Assembly: GCF_001194135.2 (NCBI RefSeq)
Contig: NC_068986.1
Coordinates: forward strand, 106,787,958 to 106,822,649
Direction: 5' to 3'
Length of the DNA: 34,692 nt
Source of the DNA: Octopus bimaculoides
Taxonomy: Eukaryota
Of this stretch, positions 10,158 through 21,181 are shown one piece after another (the stretch's first letter is position 1; each line of letters begins with the position of its first letter). The notes under the pieces were generated by a model that saw only the letters and a program-made list of their open reading frames with translations, had not been told where the DNA came from and ran no database searches. The position numbers were made by a program, and so were the translations under genes.

Positions 10158-11090
10158 GTAAGTACCAACTTCCTTTACATTTTAAAATATGTATTTCATG
10201 CAGTGATCAAGTTAACTGCTTACGTTATTCTTTTAAGTACACTCACTCTATTTCCTGTCACGAATTCCAATATCTTAAATCATCAGATATTTCTGAAACA
10301 ATGTTTCGAACCCATTATCCCACCAGGACGAATTCGCTAATTTTACACATTTCATTAGACTATCTCACTTAGTAACAGGCATGTAAAAAAAGCAGAATGG
10401 CCGATGAAAAAGGCAACCATTAACTATGTCTTCAGATGTAATTCTAATCCACATTGCTTTGAACTAATTAGTTTTATGGTTTTTCCGGAATCCTTGAATG
10501 CATCCGCAAGAAAATCAGCTAAGTCTATCAATGGATCTTTCTCAACTACAAACAATGATACCGGTGTATTTTTATATTTTATGCATTATGTATCAATATT
10601 AGTGCTGTTACATAACTTATGAAAAAATAATATGTCATCAGAACAGTGTATTCTCTATTTATCTCTATAAATATTATGAAATACTCACTTTGGATACACT
10701 TCTCTACCACTAACATTTGAATACTTGCATATTCATTTTTTAACTAACTCCTGTAAATTCGAACGTGAATATGTTATTCGCTAACATGTTTTAGCTCAGG
10801 AGGACAGTTTTTTTTATAACATACATATGTTCATAACATAATCGATTCGTTACTAAAAGGTATTGTTGTATAGCTGATGTTTCCACATCACAGTGTTTGG
10901 TCAGCTGAAAACACCACGAGGTCAATGAATCCAACAAGAGCTGTACTCAGAAACCCTCGTGTTAATGAATCGTGTCTGCATACGGTTTTTCCTCTCATTT
11001 TTCATGTGATGATTCAATACATTTAGTAAACTTCCTTTCAGTGATCCAATTAAAAAATATTTGACTTCTCTGATACCTTTATGTGCCCTT

Positions 11091-11126
<36 letters not shown>

Positions 11127-11540
11127 TATATATATCAATGTTGGTATGATATGCGACTTTCTTCGTCACTGGGGCAATTATATGGCATACTAAAAGTAGT
11201 AAGTCTAATTTGATATTTGAGTGAATTACGATAGTACTGCAGCACTTACTTTCAAGAAACCTCAAATGGAAATAGCCAATACACCATCTCCTCTGACTAT
11301 AAATTATCAGTTCTAGAATTTCTAATTTATAAATAATCATCGCATTTTATTGTTACCTCCAGATTGCCCGGGATGTTATTATAATGGAAAATGTATGTGT
11401 TCTAATCAAACTATCATGTTAAGAAGAACATATGATTGTATTCTTCTAGAATGCAGAGGAAACTACGCTGACATTAAGAAAATGTGTAAGTAATTATAAA
11501 TAGCATATCTTCTCACATATATTATATCCAGTTTCATATA

Positions 11541-11915
11541 GGCCCAGGCGTGGTTGTATGGTAACAAGCTTGCTTCCCAACAACATTGTTGCGGGTTCCA
11601 TCCCACCGTGTGACACTTTGGGAAAAATTATTCTACTATAGTTTCTTCTACTATAGTTTCTTCTACTGCATGTGTGTACGCGTGAGTGCGTGTATGCACA
11701 CGCGTTTGTCTGTGTCTGGTGACCCCCACCCACCGCTTCAGAACGTGTGTTGATGTGTCTACGTCTCCGTAATTTACCGGTTCGGCAAGTGTTATCAATA
11801 AAAGAAATACCAGGCTTAAAAACAAGGAATTATGTCGATTCATTTGACCGAAATTCTTATAGACAGTTTCTCAGCTATCCGGAAGGCTGATGACGGAAGC
11901 AAGTAAAAGATAAAG
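11541..11915 (+). mobile_element. Old SINE (related to family A), shared with paralogue B
   Basis: tRNA-like head, internal TG tract and GTAAAAGATAAA tail. Same position relative to flanking homology as 33954-34316. Confidence 0.75.
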
Positions 11916-11924
11916 CGGGGAACC

Positions 11925-12210
11925 CATGGAAATTCCACGGAATGGACCCGAAGTTCTTTAGCAATGGACCTCATTGATTTTCTGCGATTTTCATCGATAA
12001 CGTTTTGGACATATGGTATAAATTCCGGTGTCCTTTTAGTGTCTGAACGTTCTGAATGTTCATTTCTCTTTGATACAGGTCAAACATTACCATCACATGC
12101 CTCCAATTCCAACCGAACTTTGTGTACAAATGATCTTGCAACATTTAGAAAGATGCTAATTTCTAAATCACTGTAGTCTGCATGTATAGCAACTATGACT
12201 GCATATCATT
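11925..12210 (-). mobile_element. Tc1/mariner-superfamily transposase N-terminal HTH fragment
   Basis: Minus strand LEISIFLNVARSFVHKVR..KRTPEFIPYVQNVIDENRRKSMRSIAKELRV, with an internal stop. Confidence 0.7.
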
Positions 12211-12961
12211 GTATTTCTAGAGTTAGCATGATATCTTGAAAAGGTTATCTAAAAAAAAAATAATAATAATTATGCATTAGATAATTTGAAGGTGTAATGA
12301 ACTAAAAACAAAATGTTCTCAAATACCCCTCGCAAACAGTATATGCATATATATGTAAGTGTACATATATAAATATATATATGTACATACATACATGCAT
12401 ACATACATACATATATATNNNNNNNNNNNNNNNNNNNNNNNNNNNNNNNNNNNNNNNNNNNNNNNNNNNNNNNNNNNNNNNNNNNNNNNNNNNNNNNNNN
12501 NNNNNNNNNNNNNNNNNNNNNNNNNNNNNNNNNNNNNNNNNNNNNNNNNNNNNNNNNNNNNNNNNNNNNNNNNNNNNNNNNNNNNNNNNNNNNNNNNNNN
12601 NNNNNNNNNNNNNNNNNNNNNNNNNNNNNNNNNNNNNNNNNNNNNNNNNNNNNNNNNNNNNNNNNNNNNNNNNNNNNNNNNNNNNNNNNNNNNNNNNNNN
12701 NNNNNNNNNNNNNNNNNNNNNNNNNNNNNNNNNNNNNNNNNNNNNNNNNNNNNNNNNNNNNNNNNNNNNNNNNNNNNNNNNNNNNNNNNNNNNNNNNNNN
12801 NNNNNNNNNNNNNNNNNNNNNNNNNNNNNNNNNNNNNNNNNNNNNNNNNNNNNNNNNNNNNNNNNNNNNNNNNNNNNNNNNNNNNNNNNNNNNNNNNNNN
12901 NNNNNNNNNNNNNNNNNNNNNNNNNNNNNNNNNNNNNNNNNNNNNNNNNNNNNNNNNNNNN

Positions 12962-13090
12962 CTTCCTGTTTCTTGAGTAACGCTGCAATGGACTGGCGTC
13001 CCATCCAGCTGGTGGGGAGGGGGGACACATACGCCCTAGAATCCGGGAAGCTGGGCCCACGAGCTTAGCTAAGTTGTAAAAAGGGTGCAT
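12962..13090 (+). mobile_element. SINE 3' fragment with a V-SINE-like domain
   Basis: GTAACGCTGCAATGGACTGGCGTCCCATCCAG resembles the V-domain consensus as recalled. A-rich tail. Confidence 0.55.
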
Positions 13091-13096
13091 AAATAA

Positions 13097-13133
<37 letters not shown>

Positions 13134-13236
13134 TGTTCATACGTGTGTGTGTGTTAGCTTATATACATGTACTCATGTTGCGATATGTTCTCATATGAAC
13201 ATTTTGAATCGGTCTTTATTGTGATAATATTTACAG

Positions 13237-13368
13237 TTTGCCTAGATCCCAATGGAAATTGTATGGCCCATGAAGACAAATGGCGTGGTCGCATCAAAAA
13301 TACGTGTGTAACATTTTACTGTGAAATTATCAATGATAAGGCGCAACTAAGTGTGGTCTTTGATCTAG
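13237..13368 (+). CDS. Paralogue A exon 3: 132-nt symmetric phase-1 Cys-rich module (I)CLDPNGNCMAHEDKWRGRIKNTCVTFYCEIINDKAQLSVVFDL
   Basis: Acceptor ATTTACAG|, donor G|GTATGT, open in exactly the frame needed to join exon 2. Non-repetitive sequence with C-x6-C-x6-W-x7-C-x4-C spacing. Confidence 0.7.
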
Positions 13369-13519
13369 GTATGTATATTCTGTTTTAATGTATATACAGC
13401 ATTTGGCTGAGGTTTAAATTACAGATGCAGAAGCCTAGCAAATAATTACTAACTCCATCCTACGTTATATATAAGTGTGTGCAAGTGTTGTTTGTTTGTA
13501 TGTGTGTGTATGTATGTGT

Positions 13520-13740
13520 TATTTCTTTACTACCCACAAGGGGCTACACACAGAGGGGAAAAACAAGGACAGACAAACGGATTAAGTCGATTATACCGAC
13601 CCCAGTGCGTAACTGATACTTATTTAATCGACCCCGAAAGGATGAAAGGCAAAATCGACTTCGGCGGAATTTGAACTCAGAACGTAGCGGCAGACGAAAT
13701 ACCGCTAAGCATTTCGCCCGACGTGCTAACGTTTCTGCCA
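13520..13740 (-). mobile_element. tRNA-derived SINE (family B)
   Basis: Minus strand B-box GAGTTCAAATTCC followed by a core TTCATCCTTTCGGGGTCGATTAAATAAGTATCAG. The head runs into the gap. Confidence 0.8.
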
Positions 13741-14550
13741 NNNNNNNNNNNNNNNNNNNNNNNNNNNNNNNNNNNNNNNNNNNNNNNNNNNNNNNNNNNN
13801 NNNNNNNNNNNNNNNNNNNNNNNNNNNNNNNNNNNNNNNNNNNNNNNNNNNNNNNNNNNNNNNNNNNNNNNNNNNNNNNNNNNNNNNNNNNNNNNNNNNN
13901 NNNNNNNNNNNNNNNNNNNNNNNNNNNNNNNNNNNNNNNNNNNNNNNNNNNNNNNNNNNNNNNNNNNNNNNNNNNNNNNNNNNNNNNNNNNNNNNNNNNN
14001 NNNNNNNNNNNNNNNNNNNNNNNNNNNNNNNNNNNNNNNNNNNNNNNNNNNNNNNNNNNNNNNNNNNNNNNNNNNNNNNNNNNNNNNNNNNNNNNNNNNN
14101 NNNNNNNNNNNNNNNNNNNNNNNNNNNNNNNNNNNNNNNNNNNNNNNNNNNNNNNNNNNNNNNNNNNNNNNNNNNNNNNNNNNNNNNNNNNNNNNNNNNN
14201 NNNNNNNNNNNNNNNNNNNNNNNNNNNNNNNNNNNNNNNNNNNNNNNNNNNNNNNNNNNNNNNNNNNNNNNNNNNNNNNNNNNNNNNNNNNNNNNNNNNN
14301 NNNNNNNNNNNNNNNNNNNNNNNNNNNNNNNNNNNNNNNNNNNNNNNNNNNNNNNNNNNNNNNNNNNNNNNNNNNNNNNNNNNNNNNNNNNNNNNNNNNN
14401 NNNNNNNNNNNNNNNNNNNNNNNNNNNNNNNNNNNNNNNNNNNNNNNNNNNNNNNNNNNNNNNNNNNNNNNNNNNNNNNNNNNNNNNNNNNNNNNNNNNN
14501 NNNNNNNNNNNNNNNNNNNNNNNNNNNNNNNNNNNNNNNNNNNNNNNNNN

Positions 14551-14688
14551 GCGGTTCGGCATAGAGACCGATAGAATAAGTACCAGGCTTCTAAAGAATA
14601 AGTCCTGGGGTCGATTTGCTCGACTAACGGCGGTGCTCCAGCATGGCCACAGTCAAAAAGACTGAAACAAGTAAAAGAGTAAAAGAGT
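14551..14688 (+). mobile_element. SINE family A 3' end
   Basis: GGCGGTGCTCCAGCATGGCCACAGTC..GTAAAAGAGTAAAAGAG matches the reverse complement of 28897-29010. Confidence 0.85.
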
Positions 14689-14691
14689 ATA

Positions 14692-14732
<41 letters not shown>

Positions 14733-14769
14733 GTACTTCAAAGTAAGTACCATTACAATCAATAATTTT

Positions 14770-15580
14770 TTGCCAACGAGATACAAATTTGGTTATCCTG
14801 GAACATAAAAAGTCTGGAATTCTGGAACTGATGAACTCTTTGAACGCACTCTCAGTGTCGGTTTTATTTTTAACTCCTTCTCACGCAGGAAACTATCAAG
14901 GTGCTTGAAAAAGTGGTAGTCGGTAGGAGAAATAGCAATGTTTCTACAGTGATGCTTTTATCCGGGTTTTAAGAAGTTATAATGGATGAGTTCAGCAGTA
15001 CACCACCAAACAGTCACCATACCCTTCTTTGGTCGGATTTAGAGAAGGTTTTCGGTGCTGCATTTTGGTCCAACCGCTGCGTAGAACTTTTTAATATTAT
15101 ATTTGTACAGAATCCACTTTTCATCGCAAGTTACAATACGATCGAGAAATGGATCGGTCGAGTTACGGAGAACAATCAACTACCACATTTCATATCTGCG
15201 CATTTTCTCATTTTCATTCAAATCATGAGGTACCCATTTGTCGAGCTCTTTTGATTTTCCGATCGCATGCAAATGGTTGCAGGCAGTTTTCTGGCTAACT
15301 TGAAGTTCTTTTACCTGTTCTAGAGTGGTTTTACGTGGATTTTTCTCAATGACGATCTTTGATTGACGGTCGTCGATGACAGATGGGCGTCCACTAAGCA
15401 CACGATCTTCAAAGCTCAGGACTCTATTGCCAAACTGTTTAGACCATTTCCGATCTAATCACTCGCTGGTAATTTCCTCACCAAACGTGTCGTTGATATC
15501 GCGAACAGTTTCAGCTGTTTTACGTCCTTTTTTTAAAGTTGAATAGTAAAATTGCCCGAACATCGCTCTTTGACAGTTCT
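14770..15580 (-). mobile_element. mariner (DD34D-type) transposase pseudogene with internal deletion
   Basis: Minus strand GRPSVID.., WVPHDL, IVTCDEKWILY, SPTDYHFFKHLD. Confidence 0.9.
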
Positions 15581-15595
15581 ATTTCAGATGATTGT

Positions 15596-15729
15596 AACCT
15601 CTGAAGAGGCCTAGCGAATCATGCATGTACTCCCATTACATCATTTTCATCTACTAATTACTCCAGCGTACGGGAGCTATAAAGATAGAATAGGGCATGC
15701 CAACGCTAGGCCGAAACAGCTGTAAGATT
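15596..15729 (+). ncRNA. Type I hammerhead ribozyme with intact core and extended stem II (family 3)
   Basis: AACCU-CUGAAGA-GGCCUAGCG-[87 nt]-CGCUAGGCC-GAA-ACAGCUGU-A-AGAUU. Perfect 9-bp stem II, 8-nt palindromic stem III, GUA cleavage triplet (A15724), stem I 4 of 5 paired. Confidence 0.8.
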
Positions 15730-16004
15730 TTGTCCCTTCTCCAATTACTAAATGTCCTTTAAATTTGAGAACTTAATTGTTGATATGACATGGTATGTCA
15801 TAAGTGTCTGTATATTGAGTTTTTTGTCAATTTAGTTATAAAATAAACAGATTAATCAACGGAATACAGTGTCTGCATGTTGATGTGTACCTCATATTCC
15901 CTTCCATTTTCTTATTGTTATATATATATATATATATATATATAGGCATGTATATATAAATATGTGTTCCTATATATGTATGCACATATATGTGTGTAAC
16001 AAAT

Positions 16005-16875
16005 TGTCAGCGCTAAGCAGTGTGTAAGTATGAGCAGAATTAGGTAAGTTTAAATATGTTTGTCACATATTTCGACTACTAAAAGGCAAATACACTGCAG
16101 TTACGGCGGAGAATATATCTCTCTTAGAGTAAAAAGGTATGAAAACACCCAGTTCATTCATTGTCGCAATCTATTAGGAATCTCATACATCGATGTTTCA
16201 AGCTACTTGGCTATCGTCAATGAGATGTACCTAAGAGAGTCAACTCTGAACAAGCATATAAATCCATAGGTTTATATATAATTCAGACAACAGGTTGACT
16301 GATATGAGCTGGAAGATCGCGCGACTGAGGTAAATAGCGAAGAATCAGCGCGAATCAGTGTGTAAGTATGAACAGGATAGGTAAGTTGAAATATGTTTGT
16401 ACATATTTCAACTACTAAAAGGCAAATACAGCGCAGTTACTGTGGAGAATAAATCTCTCTTATGGTAAAAAGGTATGAAGATACCCGGTTCCTTCAGTGT
16501 CACGATCTATTAAGAATCCCAGACGTCGATGTTTCAAGCTACTTGGCTTTCAGCGCTGACAATTCGGTACTTACCTCAGTCGGGCGATCTATTGGCGCAA
16601 ATGAGTGAACGTGTCAACCGAATTATATAGAAAGCTATGGCATTATAAGTTCGTTCAGAGTTGACTCTCTTGGGTAAATCTCGTCGCGAGAGCCGAGTAG
16701 CTTCACAGACACACATCATATCTGGGATTCCTAATTGTTGGCGACAATGAACAAACCAGATGTTTTCACACCGATTTACCATAAGAAAGATTTATTCTCC
16801 ACGGTAACCGCAGTGTATTTGCCTTTTAGCAGTTGAAATATACGACAAACGTATTTCAACTTGCCTAATTCTGAT
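16005..16875. repeat. Three diverged copies of a ~340-bp unit: direct, partial direct, inverted
   Basis: Shared motif CTACTAAAAGGCAAATACA at ~16076 (+), ~16421 (+) and ~16815-16833 (-, CTGCTAAAAGGCAAATACA). Confidence 0.85.
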
Positions 16876-17966
16876 TATATGTGTATGTGTGCACGTATTT
16901 TTAGAGATGCGCATATACATTTGGATAATTGGACACGCATGCGAGTCCTCACATTCAATCCTTAAAACTAGCAGAACCCGTGAATACTTCACGCAATTAC
17001 TGGTAAACCAAATGGGTTATTTATTTAAACTCTATCAAAAACACCTGAAAGCTTAGCCTGTGTTGCTTCAGTATGGAAAGAGATTCACTCATCTGCTACT
17101 TATGGAAAAGTGCAAGAAATTGTAATAATAATAATATATATNNNNNNNNNNNNNNNNNNNNNNNNNNNNNNNNNNNNNNNNNNNNNNNNNNNNNNNNNNN
17201 NNNNNNNNNNNNNNNNNNNNNNNNNNNNNNNNNNNNNNNNNNNNNNNNNNNNNNNNNNNNNNNNNNNNNNNNNNNNNNNNNNNNNNNNNNNNNNNNNNNN
17301 NNNNNNNNNNNNNNNNNNNNNNNNNNNNNNNNNNNNNNNNNNNNNNNNNNNNNNNNNNNNNNNNNNNNNNNNNNNNNNNNNNNNNNNNNNNNNNNNNNNN
17401 TATATATACAGATAGATAGATAGATAGATAGACAAACAGATAATATATGAAAGGGTATTGTAAATGAAAAAAACAACAGTTAAAAAACGTACAACCTATA
17501 CTGTTAGTTTTCCATTTTCCCACGGAAACACATGTAGTGCGTGTGATACAACCTTTAGTCAAATTGTATATATTTGCCACGTAAATAAGCGTGAATATTA
17601 CACGGAATTGTTCTCATGCACATGCGTTAAGTGATAGGTGATATAATCATCTTAGTTAAATTACAAAAAATACACTTTTCACTATCCAATCACCTAGAAA
17701 ACCACCACCTACACCACCATTATCATGTCGCCCACTTCTCTCACTCAGGGTTCTCTCCCCTTCCTAACTCTCTATCCTCCTCTCTCCTCTCCCTTCTCTT
17801 CACTCCTCCCCTCTCTCTCCCTCTCCCCTTCCACTCTACTTTTTTTTACCTCACCATCAAAACATTATCAACCCTCTCCTAAAATTATATTTTCAGCTCT
17901 CCTTCTCTACCTTCAACTACATATTTTAACCAACTAGTTTTTTAAAACATATTACATTCTCTCTCA

Positions 17967-18042
17967 GTGGAGGCGCAATGGCAGTGGACTCGCAGTCATA
18001 GGATCGCGGTTTCGATTCCCAGACCGGGCGTTGTGTGTGTTT
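17967..18042 (+). mobile_element. tRNA-derived SINE head fragment
   Basis: GTGGAGGCGCAATGGC..GGATCGCGGTTTCGATTCCCAGACC: shortened A-box region and B-box. Confidence 0.6.
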
Positions 18043-18052
18043 NNNNNNNNNN

Positions 18053-18092
<40 letters not shown>

Positions 18093-18459
18093 GTCTGTCT
18101 GTCTACTTATCTATCTCTTTATCTATTGTGTGTGAGCCAGTGTGTGTGTGAGCCAGTGTGTGTGTGTTCAACAGTGCATCTGCCAGTGTATGTGTGTATG
18201 TCTCTGTGTTGTGGATGTGCATATCGTATGTCTCTATATTGTGTGTGTGGGTATTACATATATAATACCTTGATACTGTGTGGATTGAGATCCCCTTTTA
18301 ACGGCCGTTGATATTAAATAAATGTTAACACTTCATGTAAATATGTAGCTTCCTTTCTAGGAATTGTTGCGTATAATAATGGATTGGCTGATTGTCTCTT
18401 TGTCATTGGTCATAACGATGTGGATGCTGCTGATGAGAATCTAATAAATATTTTTTTTA

Positions 18460-18595
18460 AATCGATAAAATCTTTTCCTCGATTTTCCAGTTGATGGAGT
18501 CGATCTCAGCGGAATTCGAGGTCATAACATAAGGACGGACAAATTACTGCCGAGCATTTTCTTATCATGGCAACAATTCTACCAGACTGCGCCTT
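18460..18595 (-). mobile_element. Degenerate SINE family B copy
   Basis: Similar to 13620-13740 (GATCTCAGCGGAATTCGAGGTCATAAC vs GACTTCGGCGGAATTTGAACTCAGAAC). Confidence 0.55.
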
Positions 18596-18708
18596 ATAAA
18601 TCTTTTTTTACAATATTAAAATTTCGAAATCCTTAAGACGAATTTTCTCTTCTCCCCTTAAAAGATTTCAATGTAAATTACAATTTGAACTTTTGTTTTA
18701 TTTTACAG

Positions 18709-18776
18709 TTTGTTTCCCAGATCATGTCGTCGGAAGTATGATGTATTTTATGGGACCCCACATCGCACTATGTTAA
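18709..18776 (+). CDS. Candidate terminal exon 4 of paralogue A: (V)CFPDHVVGSMMYFMGPHIALC*
   Basis: Strong acceptor CTTTTGTTTTATTTTACAG|, phase-1 compatible, two Cys, stop at 18774-18776, AATAAA at 18813-18818. No paralogous copy in the window to confirm it. Confidence 0.45.
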
Positions 18777-19240
18777 AAAAAAATCGATATTGGATAGTTT
18801 CAATCTGGTCGCAATAAAATGATATCAACACCGAAACCTGATNNNNNNNNNNNNNNNNNNNNNNNNNNNNNNNNNNNNNNNNNNNNNNNNNNNNNNNNNN
18901 NNNNNNNNNNNNNNNNNNNNNNNNNNNNNNNNNNNNNNNNNNNNNNNNNNNNNNNNNNNNNNNNNNNNNNNNNNNNNNNNNNNNNNNNNNNNNNNNNNNN
19001 NNNNNNNNNNNNNNNNNNNNNNNNNNNNNNNNNNNNNNNNNNNNNNNNNNNNNNNNNNNNNNNNNNNNNNNNNNTATATATTATATGTATATTATATATA
19101 TATATATATTTGTCTTTATTTATGTTTCCTTGGCATTTATATCCTAAAAAGTCTCTTAATTCACACTTCTCTTCACCCATCACTACCTCTTTGTCATCAT
19201 ACAAGTATATGTGCCTAGATACTCTTCAACTACACTCCCT

Positions 19241-19272
<32 letters not shown>

Positions 19273-19428
19273 AGTATAGAAGTAAGAAAAAGGAGGGGAA
19301 GAATTTCGATTATACCCACGTCGTGAGTTGTTATGCAAAATTTATTATATATATAAAAAAATGAGAGAAAGAAAATGCCTCGCAGTTTCCATAGTTTTAA
19401 CATATTTTAAATGAAAGTGTATAGTGGT

Positions 19429-19461
19429 TGTCGACTGGTTTCGCTTTCGCTAAAAATGACA
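19429..19461 (-). ncRNA. Degenerate minimal hammerhead motif (family 2), core lost
   Basis: Minus strand UGUC-auuuuuA-GC(GAAA)GC-GAA-ACCAGU-C-GACA. Confidence 0.5.
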
Positions 19462-20213
19462 TTGAAAGTATTGTAATTTCGTAGTTTCTTAAGAAGATTT
19501 TAGTCCATGTTCTTTTATGAACGTTTGCGAAGTGAATAAATTAACATGTATAAAACATTAAAGGAAAGTAAATGGCGATAGTTATTAGTCGGGACACGTG
19601 CAGCAATTAACCATTTTTGTGGTGGGATAAATAAGTATACAAAACTCATAAGCCAATCTCATTGTGAGACGAAATATAGACAGTGATGGATACGTGATCA
19701 TAAACTGAATTATATACTGAAACCAAAATTGGTTTCGCGTTCATATTTAGGCGTCTTCTGTATATTTCCATAAATAAATTTTCATTATTTAAATGTTCTT
19801 GTACAGAACTTGTTTCTTTGCACTGGCAGATGGGGAATACGGTGAAATTTGACAGGCCATTCTTTGCCCATCTCTGAAAATGTTCACTCAAAGGTACCTC
19901 TCTATACTTTTGGGAAAAGATATGTTCCTCGTGTAGTGTTGATCTCCGTCTAAGTGCCAACTTGTCTGTCCTATATAGCTATAGCAACAGACTGAAAAAG
20001 TTACAACATAAATTATATTCCTGAATGCACAAAAAAAGTTACCTTGTGGTCCTCTCTTCTTGTTTGAATTGGAATTCCGAGCCTTCCAGTTTGTTGGGCA
20101 TGCTTCACAGTTTGAACATCTCGTGATTGTTGTGTAAAGCTTCGCATTTGTCAGCAGTTTTTTCAGCAATTTGAGTTGCTGTGACTGGGGTTACGAAATT
20201 GCAATAATTAACA

Positions 20214-20246
20214 TGTCCTGATTAGCGAATGCGAAACCGGTGGACA
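20214..20246 (+). ncRNA. Degenerate minimal hammerhead motif (family 2), G8U and cleavage-site C to G
   Basis: UGUC-CUGAUUA-GC(GAAU)GC-GAA-ACCGGU-G-GACA. Confidence 0.6.
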
Positions 20247-20372
20247 ACCATAATACTTTTTTTCATTTGAGATATATTAAAACTATGTAAACTGTGCATT
20301 TTCTTTCTTTATTATTCATATATCCTTTATTTTTCGTTCTTTAAAGCTGTCAAATCAGCATTATTGTTGCAT

Positions 20373-20412
<40 letters not shown>

Positions 20413-21130
20413 NNNNNNNNNNNNNNNNNNNNNNNNNNNNNNNNNNNNNNNNNNNNNNNNNNNNNNNNNNNNNNNNNNNNNNNNNNNNNNNNNNNNNNNN
20501 NNNNNNNNNNNNNNNNNNNNNNNNNNNNNNNNNNNNNNNNNNNNNNNNNNNNNNNNNNNNNNNNNNNNNNNNNNNNNNNNNNNNNNNNNNNNNNNNNNNN
20601 NNNNNNNNNNNNNNNNNNNNNNNNNNNNNNNNNNNNNNNNNNNNNNNNNNNNNNNNNNNNNNNNNNNNNNNNNNNNNNNNNNNNNNNNNNNNNNNNNNNN
20701 NNNNNNNNNNNNNNNNNNNNNNNNNATATATATATATATAATTTTTTTCTCCTTTCTTATATTCCTAATTTCTCTTCACAACTATATTCTCCACTCAAAC
20801 TATGCTTTCTATGCATTTTGTTTGATTCCTCTATGTGTTAACATGTACCTCTAAATGACTATGTAGAGTAGCCTGCAGTGTACACCTCGCTTGGAGATTT
20901 ATCAATTCCGAGGTTCCACTTGCTATGAAACATATGTTGCCAGGACTCTATCTACTCCATTCCTTAACTTGTGTATATTTATTCGCATAACTGGCAAACC
21001 TGGCTGCCAGCCGTGAAATATAGAATAATTTCTTAAGCCAATCGTTCTTCGATATGAAAACAAACACAACCTTCCACCCCATTTTCTATGGATTGCTTGA
21101 AGCCCACTTTCCTCCTTGGATCTTACATTC

Positions 21131-21181
<51 letters not shown>

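Larger units (their letters stand above)
19345..20365 (-). mobile_element. Penelope-like element (family 2): frameshifted GIY-YIG with a 3' pseudo-LTR and an inverted pseudo-LTR copy at the 5' side
   Basis: Minus strand LKKLLTNAKL..CSNCEAC..NIIYVVTFSVCCYSYIGQT / LRRRSTLHEEHI..PLSEHF. ~19365-19465 is an inverted match to ~20210-20315. Confidence 0.85.

Noticed and set aside
9809-10372. 187-aa ORF reading through exon 2
   Set aside because: The paralogue has a stop 11 codons past the donor and a frameshift, so only the spliced exon frame is conserved.
10860-10985. Conserved block with 33115-33250 as a coding exon
   Set aside because: No frame on either strand shows both synonymous bias and usable splice sites. 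Treated as conserved intron.
18361-18460. Acceptor TTCCTTTCTAG followed by AATAAA as an alternative terminal exon
   Set aside because: The phase-1 frame has no family features and runs into a SINE. The hydrophobic frame is phase 0 and incompatible with exon 3.
20870-21030. Cys-containing frame CTPRLEIYQFRGSTCYETY.. as another module exon
   Set aside because: No pyrimidine-rich acceptor in the right phase, and the Cys spacing does not match exon 3.
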